Positions 1 through 12,535 of a DNA stretch of 64,000 nt are shown here, one piece after another. The stretch is taken from NCBI GenBank assembly GCA_951406725.2, contig OX597821.1, positions 42,656,001 through 42,720,000 of the forward strand, written 5' to 3'. Position 1 is the stretch's first letter. Each line of letters begins with the position of its first letter. Source of the DNA: Octopus vulgaris. Taxonomy: Eukaryota. A program made the position numbers and the translations under genes. The notes beneath the pieces were generated by a model, which saw nothing but the letters and a program-made list of their open reading frames with translations, made no database searches and was not told the DNA's origin.

Positions 1-960
1 GCATTTCAGCTGGCGTGCTAATGATTTTGCCAGCTTGCCACCTTACTCCACCACGCAATAATAATAATTATTTCAAATTTTTTCCACAAGGGCAGCATGT
101 AGGAGGTGAGAACGAATCGACTATATCGATCCCAATGTTCAACTGGTACTTATTTTATCAACCCCAAAAGAATGAAAGGCAAAGTTGACCTTGGCTAAAT
201 TTGAACTCAGAATATAGTGACAGGCGAAATACTGCTAAACATTTCGTCCACCATGCTAACAATTCTGTCAGCTCACCACCTTAATAATAATGGTTTCAAA
301 TTTTTCCGCAAGGGCAGAAATTTTGGGGGAGAAGATGAGTCCATTACATCGACCCTATGTTCAACTGGTACTTATTGTTATCAACCCCGAAAGGATGAAA
401 GACAAAGTTGACCTCAGAGCATAAAGACAGATGAAATGCTAAGCATTTTGCCTGGCATGCTAATGATTCTACCAGTTCGATATAATGATAATAATCTTTT
501 CTAATTTAAGCACAAGGCCAAAGGTTTTGAGGGGAGGAGGAGGTCAATTACATCAACCTGTTTTTGACTGGTACTTTACTTTATTGACTCCGAAGCAATG
601 AAAGGTGAGGTTGACCTTGGTAGAACTTGAACTCAGGATGTAAAGACTGATGAAATGTGGCTAAGCATTTTTATCCAGCAAGCTAATGATTCTGCTGGCT
701 CAAAGTCTACTTAATAATAATGGTTTCAAATTTTAGCAAAAGAGCAGCAATTTTAGGGGTTAGAGGTACTTATTTTGTTGAGCCTGAAAGGATGAAAGGC
801 AAAGTCAACGTTAGTGGTATTTGAACCCAGAATACAATAGTTTCTCACATTGCTTCAAAGCTGCAGCGTTGTAAGGAAGAGCTAATCATTTCAACTCAAG
901 TGAAGTACATGACTTATACTTATTTTATCACTTGTGAAGGGGTTAAAGGCAAAGTAAATT
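1..960 (-). mobile_element. Tandem array of ~5-6 tRNA-derived SINE copies (Meta/MESC-like central domain)
   Basis: Repeated ~200-240 bp units reading ...gagttcaaat...gcctttcatcctttcggggttgataa...aagtaccagttg... on the minus strand, separated by (AAT)n. Confidence 0.85.
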
Positions 961-1570
961 CTCCACTTGCATTGCTATAATATTTAAATGCTGTATGTAA
1001 ATGCAATAACACTAGTCAAGTGTTCTCAAACCTCTAATACTCCACTGTCTTAATCTTTGTACTCACAACCATGGGGAAATTTATAAAAGTATAGGAATAT
1101 TAATATCATTATGACTGAAGGTGTAAAGTTACAAATATAAAATTTGATCTTGAAATGTTAAGTTAAATCCATCTAAACTTATGGATGCTTTTGTTTTGAG
1201 TCTACTTAGTCAAGGGAGATAACTACTAAGCACAATTTAGAGTGTAAGAAATAAGAATTGTGACTTTACGTGGAATAAACTAAGAGGAAAAACGTTCGAA
1301 ATTTATTTCTATAGTTTTTTTATTAGCATTGTCACATAATGAGACACTGTGTTTGGATTTTCATATGCTAAATGTATGACAACACCTGTTAATTATTTTC
1401 CCCGTTTTTCATGTAGAACAAAAATTTGTAGAACTCAGTTTTGACACCAATGAGTCAAGGGCGGCTGGGAATATTCTAAGCGATGCTGTTACAGGAATTT
1501 CTCAAAAGTGAGCCAAATCCATGCTCACATACAGAATTGAATTTAAAAGTTAATCACTAAGGTAATATAT

Positions 1571-1765
1571 ATTTCTTTACAACCCACAAGGGGCTAAACA
1601 CAGAGGGAACAAACAAGGGGATTAAGTCGATCACATCGACCCCAGTGCGTATCTGGTACTTAATTTATCGACCCCGAAAGGATGAAAGGCGAAGTCGACC
1701 TCAGAACGTATCGACAGACGAAATACGGCTACGCATTTCGCCCGGTGTACTAACGTTTCTGCCTT
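1571..1765 (-). mobile_element. Young SINE copy with a 17-bp target-site duplication
   Basis: Flanked by tcactaaggtaatatat (1554-1570) and tcactaagataatatat (1766-1782). CpGs are intact, unlike in neighbouring copies. Confidence 0.85.
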
Positions 1766-3593
1766 TCACTAAGATAATATATGTTATTCCCCTCACTTTT
1801 GAAAAACTTAACATATGAATTCCTGGCAAGAAAGTTCTTTCCCCTTGCCATAGAGGTGGCTAATCAAGAGATTATATTAGCCCCTTGGAATTCAGACTGC
1901 TTTGTCAAAATGTATTGCTTATTAGTCATTGTTTTGAATTAATCACACATTATCTTTTAGCTTCAATGGTTGTATATTTTTAGAATAACAGTGTAGAGTA
2001 GGTGTGAGAAGTTGGATCTGGCCAGTTTTAACATAGGTGGAATATTTGTGCTGGATTAAATGCTAAAGGATTAAGAAATACGTTTTAAAATGCTAAGATC
2101 TGAGAGAGAAAAAATGAAAATGTGAATCTCTTTCCACAATTTTCCGAAAGTCACTACTTAAAAGGGACAAATCTACCTGGTTTAAGATACTTTCTACAGA
2201 AAAGTAACTTTTTTCTGATCCAGAAAGATTTTGGCATCTGTTCAACAAACAGCAACATTAAATTGATGCATTATAGAAAGTATTGTAAAAATACATTTCC
2301 CCTTTTCATTTTTTTTCTTTTGTAAAGCCAACCAGAGTTTAAAATCTGAAAATAAGATCTTACTAGATTCAAGAAGAGAAATACATCTCAGTTTAATTCT
2401 TTTTTTCATATACACAAAAGTTTTTCTAAATGCCAAATTCATATTATCATTAAAGAAATTATTCTGGCTTCTAAAGAAAAGGTGTATGTGTTCCTGTCTC
2501 CTTGTATTGACATTGCATGCTAATTGAAAAATAATGTCATCATCATGAGTAGTCTTGTTTGCAATCTTCAGCGAAAATATGCCCGACTATTGTGCTGTTC
2601 CTGATTGATGGATCAAGAGAAGCAAGTGAGGGCTCTAACAAGAAGGGTGTCCAGTCATAGAAAATCTGCTTCATTGAATTTTATCTAAATCTTGCAAACG
2701 TGGGAATGTGGACAATAAAACTAAGATGATGAAAAGAAAGACAAAAACGGTTTTAGGTATAGATAGATCTTTGAAAAATTTTATTTGAAGTTCTTATTAA
2801 ATGGTAAATGTCTTATGTAGGGGGCTCTAAAAGAACAGAAATATAATTTTAAAAGAAGTAGTGGATGCATGTATGTATATTGTCTGTGTGTAATTAGAGT
2901 AGAGAGATCAATAATACAAAGTCTGAACATACAAGAACAATCATTGACCAATTTAATGTTGAGCTGTTTGCATTTCAACAGCTCCGGTAACTTAAATATA
3001 GATCCTGTGCTAAGAAAAGGAAAATTAAATGAGATCATGGACATTGCTGTGGCCATCGTTCATGTGATTAGATAAACATGTAGGGTGGACAACCTTTCAT
3101 AGTTATCAAAATTCATTCAGTCTATTTCAAAAGAAATGAATGTGTAGCCTTAAAGGAAGAGTGTTTAAAGGATTTAGAATTGGTTTGTGATTGGTGTTTG
3201 TCTTTCACCATAGCAAATGAATTACATTCTGTCCCTGTACTAACCAGACCAGACCAGATAGAATATGAATAGTTCAACATTAAAAGAGTTAATAAACTTT
3301 CAATCAAATTAGGATAATGCACTCACACACACTTGAACAGTGATTGCTTAACACAGACCTGGCTAGAACACACAAATATACAACAAGAATGGTATTAGCT
3401 GCAAAGAAAACAAAAATCAATCCAAGTCTTATCTTCTTATAGACAAATATATATACACACACATACATACACAAGACAGTAAAATATCAAGAACTCACAA
3501 GTTAAACAGCTACAGGACATTTTTTTTGGTAAAAGTAGGGTAAGTAGTGGTGCTAAAGACCTTACAGTAGCAGTTCAGTTTCAATAATAATAA

Positions 3594-3935
3594 TGGTTAA
3601 AATTTTGGCACAAGGCCAGAAAGGGGAAGGGGTAAGTCAACTACACTGACCCCAGCACTCAACTGGTACTTATTTCATCAACCCCAAAAGTGAAGTTAAC
3701 CTCAGCGCCATTTGAACTCAGAACATAAAGATAGAAGTACTAAGCATTTTGTTTGGTGCAGTAACGATTCTGCCAGCTTGCTACCTTTAATAATAATCTT
3801 TTTTACTACAGGCACAAGGCCTGAAATTTTGGGGGAGGGGGGGCCAGTCGATTAGATTGAACCCAGTACACAACTGGTACTTAATTTATAACCCCTAAAG
3901 GATGAAAGGCAAAGTTGAGCTCAGAACATAAAGAC
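3594..3935 (-). mobile_element. Two tandem SINE copies (same family as 1-960)
   Basis: Same central domain, joined by taataataa. Confidence 0.8.
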
Positions 3936-5943
3936 ATGTCAAATTGATGTCAGTTCAAAGAGTTCAAGATGATAGGTAGAAATAATTTTTATTCAATGTC
4001 ACTGAATAAAGGAAAACTCAAACAGGTTAAACATACAAACATAAGGGAACAAATCAAGCCCCAAAAGAAAAGAAAATGACATTTTCTTTCACATCTGGAA
4101 TTTTAAAAAAATATTCTGTAAAGCTGCAAATAGATGAACATTTAACATGTATAAACAAAATAAAAATAAGATAATGTAAAAGAAAACTAAGGAATAATTA
4201 GAGCTGAAGAGATCAGTTAAGAAAAATGTATTCTTTGTTGAGAGACTTAAGACTCTTTACATACAAAAATGTCAAATATCGTAACTGGCCAAGTGAAGGA
4301 CTTGTGATGTAAGGAAGTAATTTTAACTTCCTGCAATTTAGAACAATGTAAATGCAATGTATATATGATGCATGTATGTGTGTGCATAGCATGTATGAGT
4401 GTTTGATGTTCTGCATATGCATAAAAATTTCTGACAAAAGAATGCGTGTGTATATGTGAGTAAACACACACACACACATTACTGTGCCTTAGTTGCAACA
4501 TCTTTTTATATGTAATTAAAAAGACTAATATATCTGCTTAATAAGATCAATCATCAAGTTATCCTAACCCTGATACATTTGATGGAAGAACAACAAATAT
4601 GGCTTCCGTGTCTGTGTTAGAATCCAGCATTGCAAGTGTCTGGCACTCATTAGCAAATATTTATTCAGAGATTATAACATCAATCAGCAGTAAAATGATG
4701 GCAACTGGAAGCTAGTCTTAGAATAGCACACACATCATGGTCTCTCCTATCGTTAGACAAAAGTTTATGCTTGCATAAACTCACTCTCTCCATTAAATTG
4801 ACATTACCTGTACAGGTGCCACATGTCAGATGACAAGGTGATTGCAAAGCAACATGAAACAAAGTGTTTTGCTCAAGAACACAAGGCAACACCCAATCTG
4901 GGGATCAAAACCATGATCTTGTAATCATGAATGCAACACCATAATCACTAAGCCTTCATATATATGGTGGAGGGAGGGGTGCTAAACTTCTAAAGGAAAC
5001 ATTTTCTCATAATATTCAGTCTCCACATGCACACAGATGGTACTATACATTTCTCGCCTATGGTTACTGAATGGAGGAGCTTCTAATCTTTAATTTAACA
5101 CATATACACAATATATGTATATATGCATATATATTATATATATATCCAGGTGTGTGAATGATTGCCTGGAGTAAGGCTAAATTTAAATTGCTATCATCAA
5201 ATAACCTGGAAAAAATAACAGGGTGGGGGTATATCAGAGAAAACGTAGTAAATTTGCTTTCTTTTGACAGTCATTTGTATGTTTTTAATTAGTGCATGTG
5301 TGTGTGCGTGGTGGAGGGACAGCATTTTATTTTGAACAATGACATGAGTTTCTAAAAAGTGACAACAATGAAGAAATATATACTTAGAGAAGATAAAAGA
5401 GACAGAAATTGTTGGCAAAGAAATGTTTTTACCAAAACTGGCTTTGTTCTGTCATCCACTGCTATTGCCTTTTATCTTTCTCTAAAATCCATTTTTGTTC
5501 CTTTTATTTTTTTGCAAAGATTTAAATATCAGACACTTGCTCAAAAAAAAAAAAAAAACTCAATATTTTGAGATAAATTATTTCGCATAAAAATTTATTA
5601 AAAAATCAAATAAAGATTAAATGTCCTAGTGTACTAAACAGATTCAATAATTAATGAGTGTCATTTTCTAAGAATTTTAATTTTGTTAACACAAAAATAA
5701 GATTCAAAATTCTAAGTTTTTAGGAATTTCTCTTTATTTTTTTTTTTGTAATATTTTTCCAAGAAATGCTGATTTCTCAACACATTTCTCTTAATGTCCA
5801 ATTCCACTTGGAGGGAGAAGAGTTTTTTTTTAAATGTATTTCATTTTTTAAGTGTATTTTTTTTACTGATTTCATTGTTATTTTACGAAATACTGTTAGA
5901 ACAGATCGCAGTACATTTTTTAAAAAAATGTGTGTGCGTACAT

Positions 5944-5977
<34 letters not shown>

Positions 5978-6142
5978 TATATATAGTTAGTTATCTATGT
6001 TAGGCACCCCTATATTGTGCTTGCAGATGACAATCCCCTGCCCAACTTGAATACTTCTTGCAATAAAAAAAAAAACTAAAAAAAAAACATACCAATTACT
6101 ATCTCCCACCCATGTTTTTGCCACTATTCCTGATTGCAAGTT

Positions 6143-6425
6143 CTAATCATTCTTCTTCTCAGTCTTGCTTTTGCCAGAGTCATCAGATGACTTGCTGCTG
6201 CTGATAGCGCGACGCATGGCATCCCACATTCCACCAAGGAATATCGCACAGAATAGGTTCTCAAATGGAACGAAAGGGTCGTGGATTCCAAAGAGAAGTG
6301 AGGACAGTTTGAAGTAAACAAAGAAAATGACGACACCAAAGTAGATCACTGCATGTGGAGCTTCAATCACACTGGTTTTTTCCAGCACAAAAATTATTGA
6401 TGCAATCAAGCAAGCTTTTGTGTAT
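6143..6425 (-). CDS. TMEM38: TRIC coding exon 5 (terminal)
   Basis: Acceptor ttcag|A. Encodes YTKACLIASIIFVLEKTSVIEAPHAVIYFGVVIFFVYFKLSSLLFGIHDPFVPFENLFCAIFLGGMWD...KKND*. The spliced CDS is 846 nt (281 aa plus stop). Confidence 0.96.
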
Positions 6426-6679
6426 CTGAAATGCATGATAGAAACATAGTACATCAGTATTTATAGTAAAATATAAAGAATTTAACAATAATAATTATTG
6501 ATGAACAATAAGTAAATTAATCCAAGCCAGAAGTTTGGACCATGAGTGTTCAATTGATTGATTGGTTAAATTACTTGTTCATTAATTAGTATGCCAGCAT
6601 GGAAAAACAGACGTTAAAAGATGATGTTAAAAGATTGAGCATTCCACAGGTATGAGCCCTCAATGTAAATTCTCAGGTA

Positions 6680-7150
6680 GTGGTTGTCCTTGCATATAGG
6701 CATGTTCCCTACATCTCTCTTCAGCTGAGTGATCCTAATCTTGTGGGCTTGTGGGTGCTGGTACCATGTGAAAAGCACCCATGCCAGTGCTGTGTAGTGT
6801 AAAAGCACCTGGTACACTCTGTAAAGTGGCTAGCATTAGGAAGGGCATCCAGCAGTAGAAACCATGCCAAAACAGACATGGAGCCCAGACAGCTCTTCAG
6901 CTGGTCAGCTCTTGTCAAACTGTCCAATTCACACCAGTATGGAAAACAGACATTAAACAAGGATGATGACAACACTGGACCTTCGAATCATAGGTATAAA
7001 ATATCCAGCAGGCTTCCACACAGTTTCTGTCTACCCATTTTCATTCAAAACACAAGTCAACTTGAGGCTATAGAAAATGACACTTGCCAAGATGTCATGC
7101 AGTGGAACTGAACCTAACACCTTGTGATTGTGAAGCAGACTTATTAACCA
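6680..7150. mobile_element. SINE/RTE-tail repeat (+) followed by an inverted SINE head (-)
   Basis: ggaagggcatccagc...ccagtatggaaaacagacattaaa...gatgatga is also seen at 20280-20583. 7010-7150 is a reverse copy of the 41085-type head. Confidence 0.7.
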
Positions 7151-7216
7151 TTTGGTTACATTGCACCTACACAAGTTAGTAATGATGAAGAAAAAGCATT
7201 AAACAATCATATTTAA

Positions 7217-7436
7217 CACTTTCATTACCAACCCGGCTGAAACTGGCTCTGGCTCTGAGTGCAATTGTCTTGTTTTCATAAGTTTTGAATTAAAATCTTC
7301 CACCAAACCTTAGTCACAATTTATGTTCCTAACACTAGCTTAATGATAACTAAGTTATTTTACTAAATTCTTTGTTATATTCAAAGTAATTGAAAGAATC
7401 ACAGAGCATCTCAAAAGAAATACAGTAATGAAAGGG
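7217..7436. mobile_element. TTAA-flanked (piggyBac-like) MITE
   Basis: TTAA on both sides. TIRs cactttcattac / gtaatgaaaggg. Related copies near 11865-12060, 18185-18395 and 22190-22405. Confidence 0.8.
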
Positions 7437-8091
7437 TTAATTAAAAAACTCGCTGATGTATGTGAAGAAAAGAAGTTTATGTTAGGGTATCATGAAGACA
7501 AATGTGATGCACAGAATGATATCTATTATTTTTTTCATTGAAGAAGATAGTGTAGAAATGACTCTCCTTGAAAATTTGGTTTCCATTATTTTGAGGTAAA
7601 CCTTTCCCATTTGATCAATACAAATGCAGACCATGAAAAACCTCCCAGTTCCCTGCTACTATACTTAACTGAATGTTTCTTCTCCCTTCTTGTTGCTGCT
7701 GGTGAGTTAAGCACTCACCAAGTGAACACTGCACATTTAATATTCAGTTAAAGGTAATGTATTTACTTTGTCGCCAATATCCTTAAAAAAAAATTCATGA
7801 ATGAACACATTTCAGTTACTGAGCTAAATCAATGAGTAATGTTACTTCCACAGAGTTCTATGTTTACATAAAGGCAATGAAGGAAATTTTCTCCAAGAAA
7901 ATTCCCTGTAAGCTACACCGCGAAAGGATTTGTCTTTTTTGATTATAGAAAGCTGACCTAGCTGATAACAGCTGCCTACTGTTTCAATTAAAAAAGTTAG
8001 CTGTAAGAAAGGAGATATTCAACTATAAAAAGAAAAAGCTTTCTTCAAAAATAAATATACAGATGCTCCAAACTTGTAACTGTAAATCATA

Positions 8092-8462
8092 GGTGCAAGC
8101 CTGGTTGTGTGATTTAGAAGTTTGCTTTCCAACCACATAGTTTCAGGTTCAGTCCCACTGCATGGTATCTTGATGTCTCCTACTGTTGCCCTGGGCTGAC
8201 CAAAGCTCATTGTGTATGTGTGTGTCCTTGTCTTGACATGGCATGGCATGAATGACACAGCATGATAGTTGTAAATAAGTGTTATACATGGAGCATCATT
8301 TGTTTTCAATCTTCCATAACATGTCCAATCATAGGGATATATTACCTTGCTTGGAAACAGATGAAGGTTGGTGAAAAGGGCATCTAGCAACAGAAAATCT
8401 GTTTCATCAAATTCTGTGAGCTATGCCATCATGGAAAAGTGGATATTAAACAATGATGATGA
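8092..8462 (+). mobile_element. tRNA-derived SINE with (GAT)n tail
   Basis: A-box-like and B-box-like (ggttcagtccc) head. Same family as copies at about 17185-17570, 25997-26405, 26612-28530 and 30170-30845. Confidence 0.8.
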
Positions 8463-8822
8463 ATCTTGTAAAATAGACTTACTAAGAGATAACTGGAAAC
8501 AAGTTAATCAACTGAGAGTCAAGAACAGCAGTTTCAACCAATGGGAAGTTTATGGTTAATAGAAACGTAATAGCTGCATGACATAGCTAACTATGTAGTG
8601 TACTTGAGGAAGCAGATGAGTGGAAAGAGTGGAAAACTGATGGCCATAGAGAAGGAGAAACCGTGTTTGGAGAGATAAAAATAACAAAAGCTGAAATAAA
8701 CAACATTAAATTATAATCTCTGAATAATCGGTAATATAAGACATAGTTGTAATCTGTTTATAAGTATGGTTACATCAACCTATCCTGCTCTACATGTAAG
8801 TTAACAACACAAAAATACTCAC

Positions 8823-8910
8823 AAAGAAGGCTGCAGAAACTCGTTGCTATTTGGGACCCAAATGCCACGGATAAACCTGTCAAATGATTTTAGGATTCCA
8901 CTTCCAGCTC
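8823..8910 (-). CDS. TMEM38: TRIC coding exon 4
   Basis: Absent from the ORF track. Acceptor ttttag|GA and donor TT|gtgagt, 88 nt. Encodes (G)AGSGILKSFDRFIRGIWVPNSNEFLQPS(L). Phases match both neighbours. Confidence 0.95.
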
Positions 8911-10020
8911 CTAAAAAATAGAAAGGGAAAAAAAACTTTTTTTACCTCAAAATGACACAGATTTGCGAATTTGTACAATATTTCTGCCCTTGTAATACTA
9001 CAGTAGGCATCAAGGAGAAAGTTTCACAAAAGTCAAGAAAGTCACCTCATCTAGGAAGCTTTTGAAACCATTACTGATGTGGTCAACTGTGGTTATTAAT
9101 TTTATGATATACCAGTATTTAATTGATCTAACCATGAGGAGGTTAGGCTGCTAACTGAAAGGGTGATTATTCATATATCATAGTACAGCACACTGTCTTT
9201 GAGAAAGTAAAAACTGGTACCTTACGATACCAACAACTGTTGGCAGCAGGGGTCCTTGCGTAAAGGTGCAGAGCTGAGTTTAAATCCTCTTATAATGGAG
9301 TAATGGCTTCTAGCTATGAACCAGCAAAAACAAGCTTCAAAATACCCCATTTACTCTACAGGACATTCTTGACATAGATAAGTGCCAGTGGTGGAAAGTT
9401 CTGCTCAAATTTGGTTAAAGTAACAGTATTCTCTCACTCCCCAGACCAAACTCTATCCAATCAATACCACACATATTCCCCACTATTGCTATAGTGGTTA
9501 AATTACAATAAATGAAGGAATTCTTAACTAACACTGAAACCAATTATATCAAGAATGTTAATAAATAAACATTGCTTTTGATTGAGTAACCTGAATGCTA
9601 AAGTGTTTGGTCATTCCATTAAAGAAGTTGGGGGAGAAGAAAATTTACAGTTAAAAAGGTTAAGATCAAACCTAGTGACCCAGCACTAAGCTGTAATTTT
9701 TTCAAAGTACCACCCGTCATACTGTGTTTAGAAACCCAGATACTCAGTATTTCGCTATTCTAGTGATCAGTTATGAACTCTCAGTGTAGTTGTAGCTAGA
9801 AGAGTTCACTCTTTTATTCAACACTTATGGCCAGTGACAAGATACAAACAGATGACCACATATAAAGCCAATTTTATTCACTTTGCTTACTCATTCAGAG
9901 AGATTATGTGGCTCCACCCACACCACTAAACACCATAGTATGTTCTGCATTAGCTACCTTACTAACATAGGCTTGACTAAAGCCACCCACTCAACAATAA
10001 TAAAGAATATATTTTCTTAC

Positions 10021-10205
10021 CTTTCACAGTACCAATTATTACAATAAGTAGGTAGGCATGTGGGAAGAGTTTGGCTGTATAGGTGACACCATGGTAAACT
10101 TTGTGAGCTCTCTGAGTTTCCTTTAGAGTTCCAATGCACAGTTTGAATGGTAGAAATTTGACTAGCTTGTAAACTATGTCGAATGGTGAGTAAAATATCA
10201 AATAC
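10021..10205 (-). CDS. TMEM38: TRIC coding exon 3
   Basis: Acceptor ttcag|G and donor G|gtaag, 185 nt. Encodes YLIFYSPFDIVYKLVKFLPFKLCIGTLKETQRAHKVYHGV...IIGTVKG, with the KExxRxxK motif. Confidence 0.96.
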
Positions 10206-10809
10206 CTGAAATAGAAAAAAGTTGATAAATACACACACACATACATATTATAATCTTGTCAAGCAACATATATTGAATAAAAAAAATTAAAACATCTAAA
10301 AATTTACTTTTTCAGAGAGAAAAATTTCCTAGTCTATTAAATTTCCTTTCCTTGTTAGCAATTTTTAAGCTGAAGACAAACAAACCAGATGTATAGGCTT
10401 TTGATCTGGTATTGGAGTGCAACAGTTTAGCAATACAGGTTGTTCTATCCTTCGCTTTGCCACCTGTACTGGAAATTCTTCCATCTGGTTTTCTCAGCTT
10501 GAAGCCAATTTCACAGCTAAAAAGATATTTTCCAATATGCACCAGTTTCACCTTTTAGGTTGAATTTCGCCTCCAGTCCTAAGCAATGAAGTCAAAGATT
10601 TAATCACCAACCATTGACTCCATGTCTTACCAAAGTATGAAAGCAAAAATTTTAAGATGTATCTCTATGTCAAAACAGAAGAGGTTTCACTAACTTCTTT
10701 ATAAGGAAGTTTAAGGAGATAAAAAAAAAAACCTTCTCAACTATTAATAATGAAGGATTTGGCTGAAGACATAGATTGAGGAATATGTTATAAAAAGCCC
10801 CCTTTTTTT

Positions 10810-11600
10810 TATATTTTGTGTCTCTATTCAAATGTGCAAGCCATTTTAATGGCTTAAGAGAGCAGAGTTCAATTACCCAGTTAGTGGAGATGGCAGATGG
10901 TATTATGGATATTTCCTCTCTGAATACCAGTAATATTGAAACTTATTCACCCACTTTTGTATCTTCAATATACTCTGAGTTGTCAGGACTGATGATAAAA
11001 TCCAAACTTTAACAGATTAGCTTGAGCAGTTGTGGTTTTCAAGATACCATATGGTTGGAGAATTTCTAGGTTTTATTACAGTCCTCAAGGAATGTTTTCA
11101 TTTTGACCACATTTCTGGATGGATTAATCAGTTTGTCGCGTCTTTTTCTGGCCATGACACCATTTCAAAGCACCATCTCCTAGTCAATACATGAGCAACT
11201 TGTAGCATATGGCCTGTCAAATTTTAGTGCAATTCATGAAAGTCAGCAGCTATCACCTTACAAGCTGTTAGCCATTCTTTTGGAAGAAAATTATTGGCTG
11301 CTTTTTATGTGAAGTATTTTAGACATTTTTTAAAAGAGTGAATTTTTATCATATACACTGACCATAAGCCATATACACCGACATATGCATTGTGTTCTTA
11401 GACTGATACTCTCCTAGAAATCTCAGGAACTTTGATTCTATTTTTCAGTTTACTTTGGATATATGTTATTTTAAAGGTGCTGATAATTCTACAGCAGACA
11501 GCTTATCTCATGTTAATGTCTTGCATTCCACCAATGCTATTGACTTGCAACAGATTGCTATGGATGAAACAAAGACAATGAAAAATTATTCTAATTCTGG
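10810..11600 (+). mobile_element. Degenerate Gypsy LTR-retrotransposon internal fragment (gag-like plus RNase H)
   Basis: Translates, with stops and frameshifts, to FGRKLLAAF..KYFRHFL...IYTDHKP...SPRNLRNFDSIFQFTLDICYFKGADNSTADSLS, the Ty3/Gypsy RNase H signature. Upstream LVEMADGIMD is gag-like. Confidence 0.75.
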
Positions 11601-12059
11601 ACATCAAAACCATCATCTTTAGATCTTTGTTTATTACCATTGCACTCTATTGACTCACTTATATGGTGTGAGGTTTTCTGCGCTCTCCATAGTTTATATC
11701 ATTTGGGTATTATAGTAATGGCAAAATTAATTTCAAATAGACTGAACCCCAAAACTACATATTTGGGAAGCAAGTATAGTTTTAATAGCTTGCTAAGAAG
11801 TGACTTGAACTGAGATTATGTGTCGAAACTGGAACAATTACATTGTTATAAAGTCATGTTAGCTATTAACCCTTTTGGTAACCAACCTGCTTGTGACTGC
11901 TCCCAGGTCTATGACATGAGCTACACTATAAATTGATCTAAATTAAAAACCTTCCATCAAAAATTCGTGTTAATTTATGCTCCAAACACTAGCTTAATAA
12001 AAGACAATTATTTCATTAAATTCTTCAATATTCCCAAAATTAATTGAAACAAAGCATTC

Positions 12060-12535
12060 AATCCTCAGAAAAGGAGAGATTGGTAAAAAAGCCAAACTCG
12101 TTATCTTCAGTTCAGTTTTTGTACTTATCCTCGTGTATGGTCACAAATGTTCAATAATGACTGAAGGAGTATAATCGCAAACACAGGTAGCTAAAATGGG
12201 GTTCCTCTGAAGCAACTCTAGAGTAATGTTATTCAACAGGGTGTATGGCTTGGAGATCAGGAAATCTCTCCACTAATACATACATGTGATTAGAATGTCA
12301 CAGGAAAGAACTGCAAGATAAATTCTTCAAACCGAGCCAACCGGCAGGAGACCAAGGGATAAACGAAAAAGGAGGCAGTTGGATAATGACCATAGTCTAA
12401 TCAGTTGGTTACATTGGGAATCCAGTTGGAAAGTGTAATGACAGTTGTTTCTGGTAGGACCCTATAGAGGAGGTACTTGCAGACTCCACCCATACCCCAG
12501 CCCTCTGAGGAATAGTGGACAGAGAAGATGAATGG
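12060..12535 (+). mobile_element. RTE-clade (Rex3/Expander-like) LINE 3' fragment
   Basis: KAKLVIFSSVFVLILVYGHKCSIMTE...QVAKMGFL...EIRKSL...RPR, ending in a gatgaatggatg tail. Confidence 0.75.

Noticed and set aside
3940-6142. Exact TRIC 3' UTR end or poly(A) site
   Set aside because: Several minus-strand AATAAA hexamers occur (for example near 5505, 5595 and 5735) in very AT-rich DNA, so I cannot choose one without transcript data.
10312-10551. 79-aa ORF, possibly a transposase fragment or extra TRIC exon
   Set aside because: It has no convincing motif and a non-ATG start, and the TRIC CDS is complete without it.
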